The notes beneath the pieces are model-generated. The model was not told the DNA's origin and searched no databases. It worked only from the letters and a program-made list of their open reading frames with translations. Below, piece after piece: positions 14,384 to 27,217 of a DNA stretch of 64,000 nucleotides. Source of the stretch: Octopus sinensis (Eukaryota); the NCBI RefSeq assembly GCF_006345805.1, contig NC_042998.1:112096001-112160000 (forward strand). Direction: 5' to 3'. Positions within the stretch are counted from its first letter, which is position 1. Every line of letters starts with the position of its first letter. A program made the position numbers and the translations under genes.

Positions 14384-14620
14384 ACTAAAAAAATGTATGA
14401 TAGATTGCAGTCAATTCATTCTCTCTTACCTGTTTGTGTCTGCTTCCAAATGCTGTTTTTACTGAGATCTCCCTTTTTAGTAGAAGAAATAGCTATAACC
14501 CTTTGACTGCTATTTCTGAATTCGGTATGTGGTAAGGCAACTCGTTGCTAAACCCTTATTGCTTAGTATTACTTATATAATATATATATATATATACACC
14601 TACGGACAGAAGGAGGGTAA

Positions 14621-14747
14621 TAAACATCTATATGGAAATTTACAGACAATATATTTAAGGAACATATATTTAGTCTCGCTGAGTAAATATAATCTGCAAG
14701 TAAATATACGTCCCTTAAATATATTGTCTGCGAATTTTCATATTGAC

Positions 14748-14752
<5 letters not shown>
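14621..14752. repeat. ~130 bp imperfect hairpin (fold-back) element
   Basis: TAAACATC.ATATGGAAATTT.CAGACAATATATTTAAGG is mirrored by CCTTAAATATATTGTCTG.GAATTTTCATAT.GACGTTTA; sits between (TA)n tracts. Confidence 0.75.
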
Positions 14753-14791
<39 letters not shown>

Positions 14792-14802
14792 ATATATATT
14801 AT

Positions 14803-14836
<34 letters not shown>

Positions 14837-14902
14837 ATATACATACATACATACATACATACATACATACATACACACACACACAAACAAACAAACAAAC
14901 AC

Positions 14903-14975
<73 letters not shown>

Positions 14976-15506
14976 TACATGCGTATGTATGTATGTATGT
15001 ATGTATGTATGTATGTATGTATGTATGTATGTATTATACTTACTTGACATATAAATTCAAGTATTAGTTTCATGAACAAATGAATTATAAAATTTTGCCG
15101 TTGCTGGAGAAAAGCTAGGTCCGCCGCTATAATTTTAATGATCGTGTGATTAGGTGAATATTTAAAACAAAAAGCGTTTTGATTCTATTTTTTCGCCTCA
15201 TTTCCATTTCTGTCACTTCACCTTAGTATATTCTATGTACACATCTTTCTCGCTAAAGTTTTCAAAGACACTTTTATCATTTCTTTTCAAATGTAATTAG
15301 ATAGTGCATGGAACGAGGTCTATTTTGGGCTGGATGAATGCTGTAGAAGGAAGTAAATATTTATCACATTCCAAGAAAGCATAGAATTTTATTATAGTGT
15401 GAAGAAGTTCGTTGCTTTATAATTAAGAAAAACAGAAGCTGAAATCATGCTTATTAGATGTTCCATTAAGCACGCTGTACAGAAGTGGTGACTTGCAAGA
15501 AAAAGG

Positions 15507-15548
<42 letters not shown>

Positions 15549-15576
15549 CAGAGAGAGACAGAGCAACAGAGGGAGA

Positions 15577-15627
<51 letters not shown>

Positions 15628-15788
15628 CAAAACTAAACAAGTTCAGCGTAGAAAATACACAGTAATGCTCAAATGAATTCGAACTTAAATTCCAAATTTT
15701 TCATCCAAGGCAGGATCATCGTCATCAAGAATAACTATAAAAAGAATCCAAACTGATATGGTAGTAGTGAGGTAGATAAACACAATTA

Positions 15789-15834
<46 letters not shown>

Positions 15835-15839
15835 AACGG

Positions 15840-16160
15840 GGCACAAGAAATACAGCATAATTTCTATATATATATTCTTAATCAGTTTTAGTTGTGCTCA
15901 TAAAATATATGCATCAAACCTCATTGAGTTCAATGTAAATAATTAAGATTCAGTTGAATTAGATACTTAAGGTGAGGCACCAAGTCATCCGGTATTATCC
16001 GCACAGCTCGTAGTAAGGTGAATAAATAGCAAACAAGTTACAAGGATGTCAAGGTATCAGTGCTTTATGGCCGTTTCAGGCGGCTCTATTTAATCGAACA
16101 AGGCAAGCTTTACATCAGTTTGAAATACAGCGCCTTCTTCGGATGCATAAAACCACATAG
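15840..16160 (-). mobile_element. Penelope pLTR-like repeat with a degenerate hammerhead
   Basis: Minus strand reads CCGAAGA-AGGCG..CGCCT-GAAACGGCC with a long stem II. The segment GGTGCCTCACCTTAAGTATCTAATTCAACTGAATCTTA resembles 13299-13337. Confidence 0.5.
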
Positions 16161-16875
16161 GTTTTCAACATACAGGATACTCCATTATAATTTTTGAGCA
16201 AGTTTTTCATCAGAACTAGAGAATAAAAGAATTACATGTTTGTTGCTATTATTGTAGCAGAATGAACTGAGTGAGAAATTACCCCAATTATAATTTGGAG
16301 TGGCAGAAGAGAATAACAATGGTGGTCATGAGATGGTAATATAGCTGCATTTATCTATCTCCTTATCGCCATCACAAGATCTAATGCAGCTGGTATACTA
16401 CATCTACTAAGAATTAAAACCACTGGAAATTGACTTCAGTTCCCAGTTTCCTATTTGCTTTAAATAGGTAAACAAAGGAAGTGAGAAGAGAGAAGGAACG
16501 AGAGAGAGTAGGGAGCGGAAGAAAGACAGACAGGGGACAACAAAGAAGGAGGGGGAGAAACGGAAAATACAGAGGATTATTGAGGGATAGAGACAAAGAA
16601 AGAAAACAGAGTGTGGAGTCGCAGAATTTATATATATATATACGTAAGAAGCTACTGAGGACGAGGCTGCGTGGCGTTTGATTATAAATAAATAAATAAT
16701 ATACATTAAGTACAGGAAATTACCAGCGAGTGAAAAATACGTAAACACACGAGAAATAAGTAGAGGACAAAATACCAAAAAGATACACAATAAGTACAGG
16801 ACATCACCAACGAGTGTAAAATACGCTCGTGTGTTTTTATTTTTTTTTAAATATAAACTGGTTGTGTGTGCGTGA

Positions 16876-16935
<60 letters not shown>

Positions 16936-16941
16936 TGTGTA

Positions 16942-18193
16942 TCAGGTTGAGTAAAAAGTAAGCAACCTTTTGAACCATGAAGAATTTTACCGGACTTTTG
17001 CTGAGTTTTGAATTTGTTTTAAACGTTTTCTTGCAATTGCCTGATAAAACATAGACTTGCCCAAATGCATCAATAAATTGACATCGATCTATTTTTCACC
17101 GTTGTTACAACCATCTAAAATGGAACTGTCAAAGCGCGATATTCGAGCAATTTTGCTATTCAACTTCAAAAAAGGATGTGATATCAATGAAACGTTCAGC
17201 GACCAGTGAGGGGTCAACTCGAAAATGGTTTAAACGATTTCGCAGTGGAGACTTGAGTCTTGAAGATCATGAGCGTAGTGGACGCCCATCTGTCATCGAT
17301 GACGGCCAATTAAAGACCGTCATTGAAAAAGATCCACGTAAAACCGCTTGAGAATTGGCAACAGAACTTCAAGTTAGCCAGAAAACTAACTGTAACCATT
17401 TGCATGCGATCGCAAAATCAAAGCTCGGCAAATGGATGACACAATTTGAATGAAAATCAGAAAATGCGCAGATATGAAATTTGCTCGTCTCTTCTTCTCC
17501 GTAACCAGACCGACCCATGTCTCGACCGTATTGTAACTTGCTACGAAAAGTGGATTTATAAAATTATAAAAAATAAAAACGTTCTTCGCAGTTGTTGGAC
17601 CAAATTGAAGCACCGAAAACCTTCCCTAAACCCGAACTCTTCAAAAAAAAGGTTATAGTGACTGTTTAGTGGTGTACTGCTGGACTCATCCGCTAAAACT
17701 TCTTAAAACTCGGAAAAAACCATTACTGCAGAAACATATTGCCTTGAAATTGCCAAAATGAACGAAAAACTGCAACTCCTCCCTCCTAGATTGGTCAACA
17801 GAAGAGGGCCGATCATTCTTCATGACAATGCTCGACCACAAGTTTCCCTAATGACGCTTCAGAAGTTGAGGGACTTGGCTACGAAGTTCTTCCCGCCCAG
17901 CTTATTCTCCAGCCCTTTCTCCTACTGACTTCCACATTTTTTAAGCACTTTGATGGTTTCGGGCAAGAGAAGGAGTTCAAAAATCAAACTGATACTAAAA
18001 GTGCGTTGAAAGAGTTCATCATCTCCAGAACTCCAGATTTTTATGTTACCGGTATAAATAAACTTGTAGCTCGTTGCCAAAAATATGTTGACTGGAATGG
18101 TACTGACTTTGATGAATAAAATTTCCGCACTGTTGAAATATATTGTGATGAACTGCATGTTTCAAAACATTGCTTACTTTTTGCTCAGCCAGA
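16942..18193 (+). mobile_element. Full-size mariner (DD34D-type) transposon with pseudogenised transposase
   Basis: TIRs TCAGGTTGAGTAAAAAGTAAGCAA and TTGCTTACTTTTTGCTCAGCCAGA with TA on both flanks. Coding remnant from ~17120: MELSKRDIRAILLFNFKKG, RSGRP, IVTCYEKWI, HDNARP, PAYSP; stops and frameshifts. Confidence 0.93.
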
Positions 18194-18407
18194 TACATAT
18201 ATATAAGAATGAGTATATATTCAAAATAAATACTCGTAAAGATGTTATTATTAATTATGAAGAGCAAATCTAAATAATTGATAATAACAAAGCCAATAAC
18301 ATTGTGGCGGCAAGCGATATTAGCATTAAACAGCTTAACAATAAATTCTTAATTATATTAGAGGGTACACGAAGCACCATATATATATATATATGTATGT
18401 ATGTATA

Positions 18408-18505
18408 CGAGGGGTGTATGAAAAGTTTTAAGCCTTGACGTCTTCAACAGAAGTCTTGTACCATGTTTTTTTTTTTGAGACTCAAGACTTTTCATACACC
18501 TCTCG
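18408..18505. mobile_element. ~98 bp mariner-derived MITE
   Basis: TIRs CGAGGGGTGTATGAAAAGTTTT and AGACTTTTCATACACCTCTCG with TA flanks. Confidence 0.8.
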
Positions 18506-18914
18506 TATATATATATATATGTGTGTATGTGTGTGTATGTGTGTATGTGAGTGCGTGTGTGTATGTGCGCGCACACGCGTGTGTGTATGTATAAATATAA
18601 ACCAGAAGAATAATCCGAGATTATAAATGGAAAGAAGTGATGACCTTGGAAATCACATTGTTGAAATAAATTTTCCACTTAATCATGAACCTGTATATAT
18701 TCTTAAAACTACCAAGGGTATGTCATTCGACTAGATTCCTTAAAAGACTCAATACTGCACCGCTTAAATTATGTTCAATAATATACGACGTAGTGCCCTA
18801 TTGGAAATGTTTATTATCTATGTGTATTGCAAACATATATATCTATCTTTATCCAGAGAAATTGTAATATATTTTGTTTGGAAACTCATAACAGCAACAG
18901 TATATACAAATATA

Positions 18915-18954
<40 letters not shown>

Positions 18955-18993
18955 TATATAATGTATGTATATATATGTTTATATATATGCATT

Positions 18994-19041
<48 letters not shown>

Positions 19042-20019
19042 GGGATATGTCATAAATATAATTATGCTACATGTATATAGAATGTGTGCAATATTGATTA
19101 TTGACAATATATACTTCTTCTGTTAAGGAAATTTGATCATAAACTAACACGGCCATATCAGATGTGTTGTAATGCGGCTTTATCAAATGTATGGAAAATA
19201 TGTTATGTCAAAGTATTTATTAAATGCATTTCAGTTTGTTTCTTTTAAAAAGTTATTTTGGAGGGTACGAGTATGTTAGTTGTTACTATAAAAGTTATAC
19301 ATATCAACTTTGTAAGACTCAAATATTTCAAACTTACTTTGAAATGATTTATTAATACTTAACAAATAACGTCTCTAAAAATTGAAAACTCGTTCCCATA
19401 AAAATAAATACCATTCGTAACAACTGTTTATAAAATATGATAATAAATTAAGCAAATGTTATTCTGTGCGTTTATTTATTCATAACCCACTAGGTATTGG
19501 TTCCATAGTATATAATATATCTCCAGGGTTCAATTTTGTCTCGTCAGTTCAGCGTCTCTATTATAAACGGAGTCACCCTGATATCTGAAGCTAAATTTAT
19601 ACTTCTGAATTATTTATAACCTATGTGTTTTCTTCAGTAATTGATAGTGGAATTCCAGTTGCAAAATATTAAGTTACTTATATATGTCCATGTTTTACAT
19701 TTGCAATACAGTGCAAAGTTATGTATGTATGAAATATAAACTCAATGAAAATATATTTCCACTTTCTGTCTTTTGAAAACTTTTTTCTTAGCACTGAATG
19801 CCAGCTTGTCAAGGTGTCTTTCCGAATACTACGTCACTGAGTGAATCAATATACAGAGAACATGTGCTACTACTAGAAATTTTACCTATATTCTCGCTGA
19901 ATCTTGCTCCTCTGTAGGCATCGTTTATAAACATCAACAGACTTCGTTTAGTAACAAACATATTTTCATCACTTCAGAAATAACATCTTGCGATAGGTTT
20001 ATTCTTTTAATATTTTTTT

Positions 20020-20062
<43 letters not shown>

Positions 20063-20536
20063 AGCTTTCTTTCTCCCGCATCACTTTCTTTGCCATATGC
20101 TGTTAACCTTCTTTCATTCCGTTTTTACTTTAGTTTTTCTCGTCTTTTGTTAAAAATCTTGTTTTAATTTCCTGTATGTTTTAGAAGAAAATTGAGTTTC
20201 AGAAACTATCCAATCACAAAAATTATTCTTATTTTCATATTCAATCATTAGTAGAAGTATATATGTATTCTAAAATGCCAAAATTGCTTTGCACAATATT
20301 GTCGACATGCCGCTGTTCCAAGTACACATTTCTTCACATCACTCCACTTAATGGCTCCAAACTAGAAATTACAACAAATAAAAATCTGCTGAGAGAAGTT
20401 TTAAATTAACAGGTAATGGGAAGACATATATTTGGAAACAAAGTGGTGACAGTTGGAAATATTCTCGAAATATTCAAATCATTTATTTCCCTTCTGCATG
20501 TCACAACGTTTCAAATACAGACAGTTATATATATAT

Positions 20537-20572
<36 letters not shown>

Positions 20573-20689
20573 CTATGTGAGTGTATGTATGAATGTATTG
20601 TAATATATTATATTTTGTATGTATAGATACACAATGTGTGTAATGTTTATGCGCGTCGTGTATGTATGTTGTCTTTTATATTTATACTT

Positions 20690-20900
20690 ATAATTCAGTC
20701 ATTTGACTTGAGCCATGCTGGAGCAACGCCTTTAGTCGAACAAATTGACCCCAGGACTTATTCTTCATAAGTCTAGTACTTATTCTATCGGTCTCTTTTG
20801 CCGTACCGCTAAATTACGGGGATGTAAGCAAACCAGCATCCGCTGTCAGGCGATGGGGTTGGACGAAGAAAAACAGAGACACAAATACATACATACATAC
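20690..20900 (-). mobile_element. SINE family A, 3' half
   Basis: Matches the 3' part of the 11245-11652 copy. Confidence 0.8.
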
Positions 20901-20909
20901 ATACATACA

Positions 20910-20946
<37 letters not shown>

Positions 20947-21070
20947 GATATATAATTATATATATATATATATGAACGTGCGTACGTGCTTGGTTGTAAA
21001 AACAAGAGAAAGAGTATTCAATATCAAGTACAGCTTATTCGTTCAAAATTACTGATTCCGAGGGTCGCTA

Positions 21071-21141
<71 letters not shown>

Positions 21142-21239
21142 TTAGAGAGAGAGAGAGACAGACAGCCAGAGACAGAGAGACAGAGAAACAAGGAGATGGA
21201 TAGATAGATATATAGACAATTCAATGAACAAACAGTTCA

Positions 21240-21430
21240 AAAAGCGAATAAAAAACGAAAAGAGAATAAAAACGAACATGAGGACGTGTACAAGAATTAT
21301 ATTAGTTTGACGCTCGGTGAAAGGAGAGCGTTTTTAACGTTTCGGTCAAAGCTCTTCACCGGAAGGAGAAAAGGAAGAATCCAAAAATGAAGAAGGAATA
21401 CCGCGAACGGCCCACGCGTGGTTACATTTA
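21240..21430 (-). mobile_element. Penelope pLTR-like remnant with a degenerate minimal hammerhead
   Basis: Minus strand reads CCGGTGAAGAGCTTTGACCGAAACGTTA..GAGCGTCAAACTAATA; similar to the plus-strand copy at 52920-53025. Confidence 0.45.
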
Positions 21431-21827
21431 TGAATCTGTTCATTAAGGGCCAACTGCGAGTTAAACAATGAGAACATACATTTATTTTTTATTAGGGCAC
21501 AACGATCAGCTATGTGAACTAAATATTCATAGCCATTATTACTCATTGGATCAGGTACTCCTAGATAGACGACGGTCAAGGAAAAGACAGAATGATACTT
21601 ATGCTTCGAAATCCTTTGAGCATGGATGTGCCGAGTCAGAGCAAACCTAAGGTTAAGCAACAACTACTACAACAACATTTTTCTTTATGATAAGTTTTGG
21701 ATAATCTGGAAGTTAATCTTTTATTGTAAATCCCTTAATTTTTAATATTTGGTAATTTCCAGTTTCGTAAAATTTTGAGTTGATGTTTGAAGAGGGAGAA
21801 AAGAAAGAAAGAAAGAAATTAGAAATA

Positions 21828-22245
21828 GGCGTAGGAGTGGCTGTGTAGTAAGTAGCTTGCGTACGAACCACATGGTTCCGGGTTCAGTCCCACTGCGTGG
21901 TACCTTGGGCAAGTGTCTTCTACTATAGCCTCGAGCCGACCAAAGTCTTGTTAGTGGATTTGTTAGACGGAAACTGAAAAAGGTCCGTCGTATATATGCA
22001 TGTATATATGTATGTGCGAGTGTGTGTGTATGTTTGTGTGTCTGTGTTTGCCCCCCCCCCCCAACGTCGCTTGACTACCGATGCTGGTGTGTTTACGTCC
22101 CCGTAACTTAGCGGTTCGGCAAAAAGGGACCTGATAGAATAAGTACTAGGCTTACAAAGAATAAGTCCTGGGGTCGATTTGCTCGACTAAAGGCGGTGCT
22201 CCAGCATGGCCACAGTCAAATGACTGAAACAAGTAAAAGAGAGTA
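21828..22245 (+). mobile_element. SINE family A, full length
   Basis: GGCGTAGGAGTGGCTGTGTAGTAAG head, B box GGTTCAGTCCC, central microsatellite and the family 3' end. Confidence 0.9.
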
Positions 22246-22876
22246 AAAGGGAGAAGTGTTAAAAACTTCACACGTGTAATTTCAAGATAGTATCCCTTCT
22301 AGTGTTCATTTACATTGATAAAACACGTTAAAATCCTGTAAATATACTTCATATTCCCTCTTGATCAGTACTTACATCTTATCACAAAACAAACATAAAT
22401 ATAAATACAATCAAAGTCACAATGTTTAAACACAAACACAACGACGCACGAACATACATACAATCAGCCATGTACACTCATTCTACTGTCAGCGCACTAA
22501 ACGACACGCGTGCAAAGATATGATCAGACATGTGCAAATACGACAGTTGTATTCCCCGAGCGAAAGACACGTTGCACATCTTGAAGGCTTGACGAATCCC
22601 TGTGGTATGTAACTCTGACAAGGCTAAAAATTCGAACCCATGTAGATTAGGTAGAAAGGGGGTCATATATCAAAAACTATTTTCGTTGCTTCACAACCAA
22701 CCCACTTGATCTACATGAATATATATATAAACTTGGATGTGTATATAAATATACATACACACAAACACACTACTGAAGTTCGTCTTATATAGACACTCTT
22801 GATAAGGTGGAAATAACCAGCGGAAACTTGTTGAGTTGAAGGCAGGTTCATTTTGTACGGATAAGGAAAGAATAGG

Positions 22877-22917
<41 letters not shown>

Positions 22918-23254
22918 AGAGAGAGACAGAGAGACAGAGAGACAGACAGAGACAGAGAGATGTAGACATACACTACAGAATTTATTGACACAATGCGTGT
23001 GAATCTATGCTTCAGGAAACGTACGCAGCTGAATTTATTCACAATTTACCTACATCTCAGTATTTTAGTTATTTTATACTCTGCCAGCGAATTCACTGAC
23101 ACGCAAATGCGTAAATTATATATACATATACATATATTTATATATATATTGCATGTATGTATGTATGTATGTATGTATGTATGTATGTATGTATGTATGT
23201 ATGTATGCAGTATGCTATAGATATATATATATATAATATATACATTGTATGTGT

Positions 23255-23311
<57 letters not shown>

Positions 23312-23387
23312 TATATATATATATATATAATATAATATATATAATATATATATATATATATCAAGAGATATATATACATACATATAC

Positions 23388-23460
<73 letters not shown>

Positions 23461-23469
23461 TTATCTTTT

Positions 23470-23683
23470 TATATTTTAGTTGTGTCAGTTATTAGACTGT
23501 GGCCATGTTGAGACATTGCCTTGAAGAATTTTTTAGTCGAATGTATCGACCCCAGCATATATTTTTTCAAAAGCCTAGTCCTTATTCCATCTGTTCTTTT
23601 GCCGAAGATATAGAAACGTAAACACATCAGCGCCGGTTGTCAAGTGGTGGTGGTAGTGGTAGTGTGAAGGGGAACAAGCTCAG

Positions 23684-23715
<32 letters not shown>

Positions 23716-24090
23716 ACACACATGTATTACTAGATTCTTCTATTCTTTGACTTGTTTCAGTTATTCGACCCCAGAACTCATTCTTTGTAAGCCTAGTACT
23801 TATTCTATCGGTTTTTTGCTGAACCGCTACAAACACAAGCACACACACTTAAATATATAACCGCAACAAACACAAGCACACACACTTAAATATATATATA
23901 TATATTTAGAGAGAGGGAGAGAGCGAAAGAGAGAGAGAGAGAGATACGACGGGCTTCTTTCAGTTTCCGTCTCACAAGGATTTGGTCGGCATGTGGCTAT
24001 AGTAAAAGACACTTGCCCAATGTACCACGCAGTCGGACCGAACCCGGAACTATGTGGATGGGAAGCAAGCTTCTTACCACACAGCTACAC
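23470..24090 (-). mobile_element. Nested or fragmented SINE family A copies
   Basis: Two 3' portions and one head (ending ..CTTCTTACCACACAGCTAC) separated by microsatellites. Confidence 0.7.
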
Positions 24091-24558
24091 AAGTTCTAAC
24101 TTAATTACAGAAAGACCTGTGCTTTTAATACCGATGATTTACTGAGGTCAAATATATCGTCCACAATAGTTAAACAAAACAGTACCAGTTCTGCATGTTA
24201 TATACAAAAATTTACTTAGATATTTCTCAGATATCGTGTCTCTCTTTAAATAACTGTTAAGAGTAAGCATTCGTTGTATATATTATATTATACGCTATCG
24301 TGTTTCTTGTTTTTATTGCATGGTATAGTTGGGTAGAGTCAATTTTATGAACTACAATGACTCATACATGAAACGCAGGTGAGCTAATTAGGCTCAGCCA
24401 TCAAATGTTTAGTATTTGCTTTTTCTTTTGGTTATTTATTGCATCAACATAGAAATCCATCATTGGTTACACATAATTGATTCAGTAGACACAGTATATC
24501 GATATACATGCACACGTATATATATATATATTAATATATATATACATATATATATATA

Positions 24559-24590
24559 ACATTCATATGGATGTGTATGTATATGTATGT

Positions 24591-24627
<37 letters not shown>

Positions 24628-25200
24628 TGGAGAGAGAGAGAGAGAGAGAGAGAGATATGAATGTCTGTGCATGTGTGCGTGTTGTGTGTTTTTGTGTGAG
24701 TATATGTATGTGCGTGTGTATGTGCATCAACACACACACACAATCACAAACGTACACAAATTTAGACGACAGTCTGTATTATATAAACATACATATATAA
24801 ATTATATATATATGTGTATGTATGTATGGTATGTATTAGGTATGTATGTAATGTATGTATGTATGTATGTATGTATATATATATATAATATATATAGATA
24901 TATATATTATATATATATATACATATATATATATACATTCATATGGATGTGTATGTACAGGTATGTTACATATATCATATATATATATATTATCTATATA
25001 TATATATTGAGAGAGAGAGAGAGAGAGAGAGAGATATGAATGTCTGTGCATGTGTGCGTGTGTGTGTTTTTGTGTGAGTATATGTTATGTGCGTGTGTAT
25101 GTGCATCAACACACACACACAATCACAAACGTACACAAATTTAGACGACAGTCTGTACTCTAAACATACATATATAGATATTATATATATATGTATGTAT
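24559..25200 (+). repeat. Local tandem duplication (~376 bp period) of a microsatellite-rich segment
   Basis: ACATTCATATGGATGTGTATGTA and GATATGAATGTCTGTGCATG..AAATTTAGACGACAGTCTGTA each occur twice. Confidence 0.85.
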
Positions 25201-25257
25201 GTATGTAGGTAATGTATATATTATGTATGTAATGTATGCGTATTATGTGTATGTATG

Positions 25258-25306
<49 letters not shown>

Positions 25307-25319
25307 GTATGTAATGTAT

Positions 25320-26563
25320 ATCATCATCATCATCATCATCATCGTTTAACGTCCGTTTTCCGCGCTAGCACGGGTTGGGCAGTTCGACCGGGGTCTGGGA
25401 AGCCGGGGGCTGCACCAGGCTCCAGTCTGATCTGGCAGTGTTTCTACAGCTGGATGCCCTTCCTAACGCCAACCACTCCGCAAGTGTAGTGGGTGCTTTT
25501 TACGCGCCAACTGCACAGGTGCCAGGGGAGTCTGGCAACGGCCACGATCGGTTGGTGCTTTTAACGTGCCACTGGCATCGACCACGTTCGGATGGTGCTT
25601 TTAATGTGCCATCGGCACAAAAGCCAGTCGAGGCGGCGCTGGCATTGGCCACATTCGGATAGTGCTTTTTATGTGCCACCGGCACAGGTATCACTACTTC
25701 TATTTCCATTGATATTTATTTCGATGTTCATGTACTTGACTCAACAGGTCTCCTCAAGCACAGCGGGATGTTCTGGAATCCAAGGTACTTTGAATGGGCA
25801 GGGGCTATGCGGAACTGGTGTAGGAAGCAGCCCGGGTCTTTGCAGTCACAGCATATCTCCAGAGATCTCGGTCCTTTGCCATTGCCTCAGTGAGGCCCAA
25901 TGCTCTGAGGTCATGCTTGACTACCTCATCCCATGTCTTCCTGGGTCTACCTCACCCCCTGATACCTTCAACTGTTTGGGAGTGGCACTTCTTCACACAT
26001 CTCTCCTCATCCATCCGCAGTACATGACCATACCGTCGCAAGCATCGCTCTTGCACACCACATCTGATGCTTTTTATGTCCAGCATTTCTCTCAGGGTGC
26101 TTACCCTCTGTCGTGCGCGCACACTGACATTACACATCCAGCGGATCATGCTAGCTTCATTCCTTTCAAGTCTACGCATGTCCTCTGCAGTCACAGCCCA
26201 TGTTTCACTACCGTGAAGCATGGCAGTTCTCACACATGCGTCATACAATCTACTTTTCGCTTTGAGCGAGAGACCCTTTGTCGCCAGTAGGGTTAGGAGC
26301 TTTCTGAACTTTGCCCAGGCTATTCGTATTCTAGTGGTGACACTCTCTGAGCATCCACCTCCACTACTAACTTGGTCAACCAGGTAGCGGAAACTATCAA
26401 CTACTTCTAGTTTCTCCCCTGGAGTGTGATGGAATCTGTTTTCTGAGTATCTTTGGTGTATATTGTCCCTGTGCATCTGCCGCACATGAAAGCAATCTTA
26501 TCAGTTAATTTCCCTTTGATGTTGCTGCACCTCTTATGCGTCCATAGCTTACACTGGGTGCAT
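25320..26563 (-). mobile_element. RTE-clade LINE, 5'-truncated, with 3' UTR and (GAT)n tail
   Basis: ORF 25952-26485 contains VDSFRYL..RIRIAWAKFR..LYDACVRTAMLHGSETW..RRYGHVLRM. An upstream WTHKRCS..FMCGRC Cys/His motif is present, as are the RTE-type 3' UTR motif GGATGCCCTTCCTAACGCCAACC and a tandem ATC/GAT tail. Confidence 0.92.
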
Positions 26564-26631
26564 CATATATATATATATATATGTATGTGTGTATGTATGT
26601 ATGTATGTATGTATGTATGTATGTATGTATG

Positions 26632-26671
<40 letters not shown>

Positions 26672-26672
<1 letters not shown>

Positions 26673-27217
26673 GAAGGGGTACCCAAAAGAAACCGGAATT
26701 TTGCAATATTATTTTATTCACTTAGTTTTATATGTTTATACTTTTATCGCCTTCAAATTATTCTCCATCTGGAGCAATGCATCGGTCCAGATGCATTTTC
26801 CACTGTTCAAGGTAGTTCTAGAATTCTTGCGAAGCCTTTTAACGCTTCTGTCGTTTTTTTCTTCACATCTGTAAAATGTTTTCCTTTAAGGCCTTTATCA
26901 TTCGGGGTAACAAAAATGATCACAGGTAGCAAAATCGGGTGAATAGGCAGAGTTGGTAAGAGAGGTCATGCCATTTTTGGCAAAAACTGTCTCACACTGA
27001 AGGCTGTGTGCGCAGACGCATTGTCGTGATGAAACTACCACTTTCTACTTTGTCACAGGTCGAAGCGTTTTCGTTTCACCGCGTCTCGCAAATGCTACAG
27101 AACTGCCAAGTAAAATGTCTGGTTAACAGTTTGACCAAGAGGAACAAATTCTGTGTGGACAATTCCTTTCGCATCGATGAAACAAATCAGTCTCGTCTTG
27201 ACATTGAACTCCACTTG
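26672..27217 (-). mobile_element. Mariner transposase C-terminal fragment with one TIR
   Basis: TA-CGAAGGGGTACCCAAAAGAAACCGGAA terminus; minus-strand FHHDNASAH and YSPDFATCD. Confidence 0.85.

Larger units (their letters stand above)
13578..14575 (+). mobile_element. Partial-tandem non-coding element (retrozyme/Penelope pLTR-like): ~390 bp direct repeats at 13578-13967 and 14181-14575, each with a hammerhead
   Basis: Near-identical direct repeats with a ~603-607 bp period, flanked on both sides by (TA)n; no long ORF. Confidence 0.85.

Noticed and set aside
19410-19560. Minus-strand CTGACGA with a distant TAAACAGTTGTTA as a possible HHR
   Set aside because: The GAAA box is mutated and no convincing stems I/II are present.
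21828-21900. tRNA gene calls for the A/B-box heads
   Set aside because: They continue into shared SINE bodies and lack a complete cloverleaf, so they are SINE heads.
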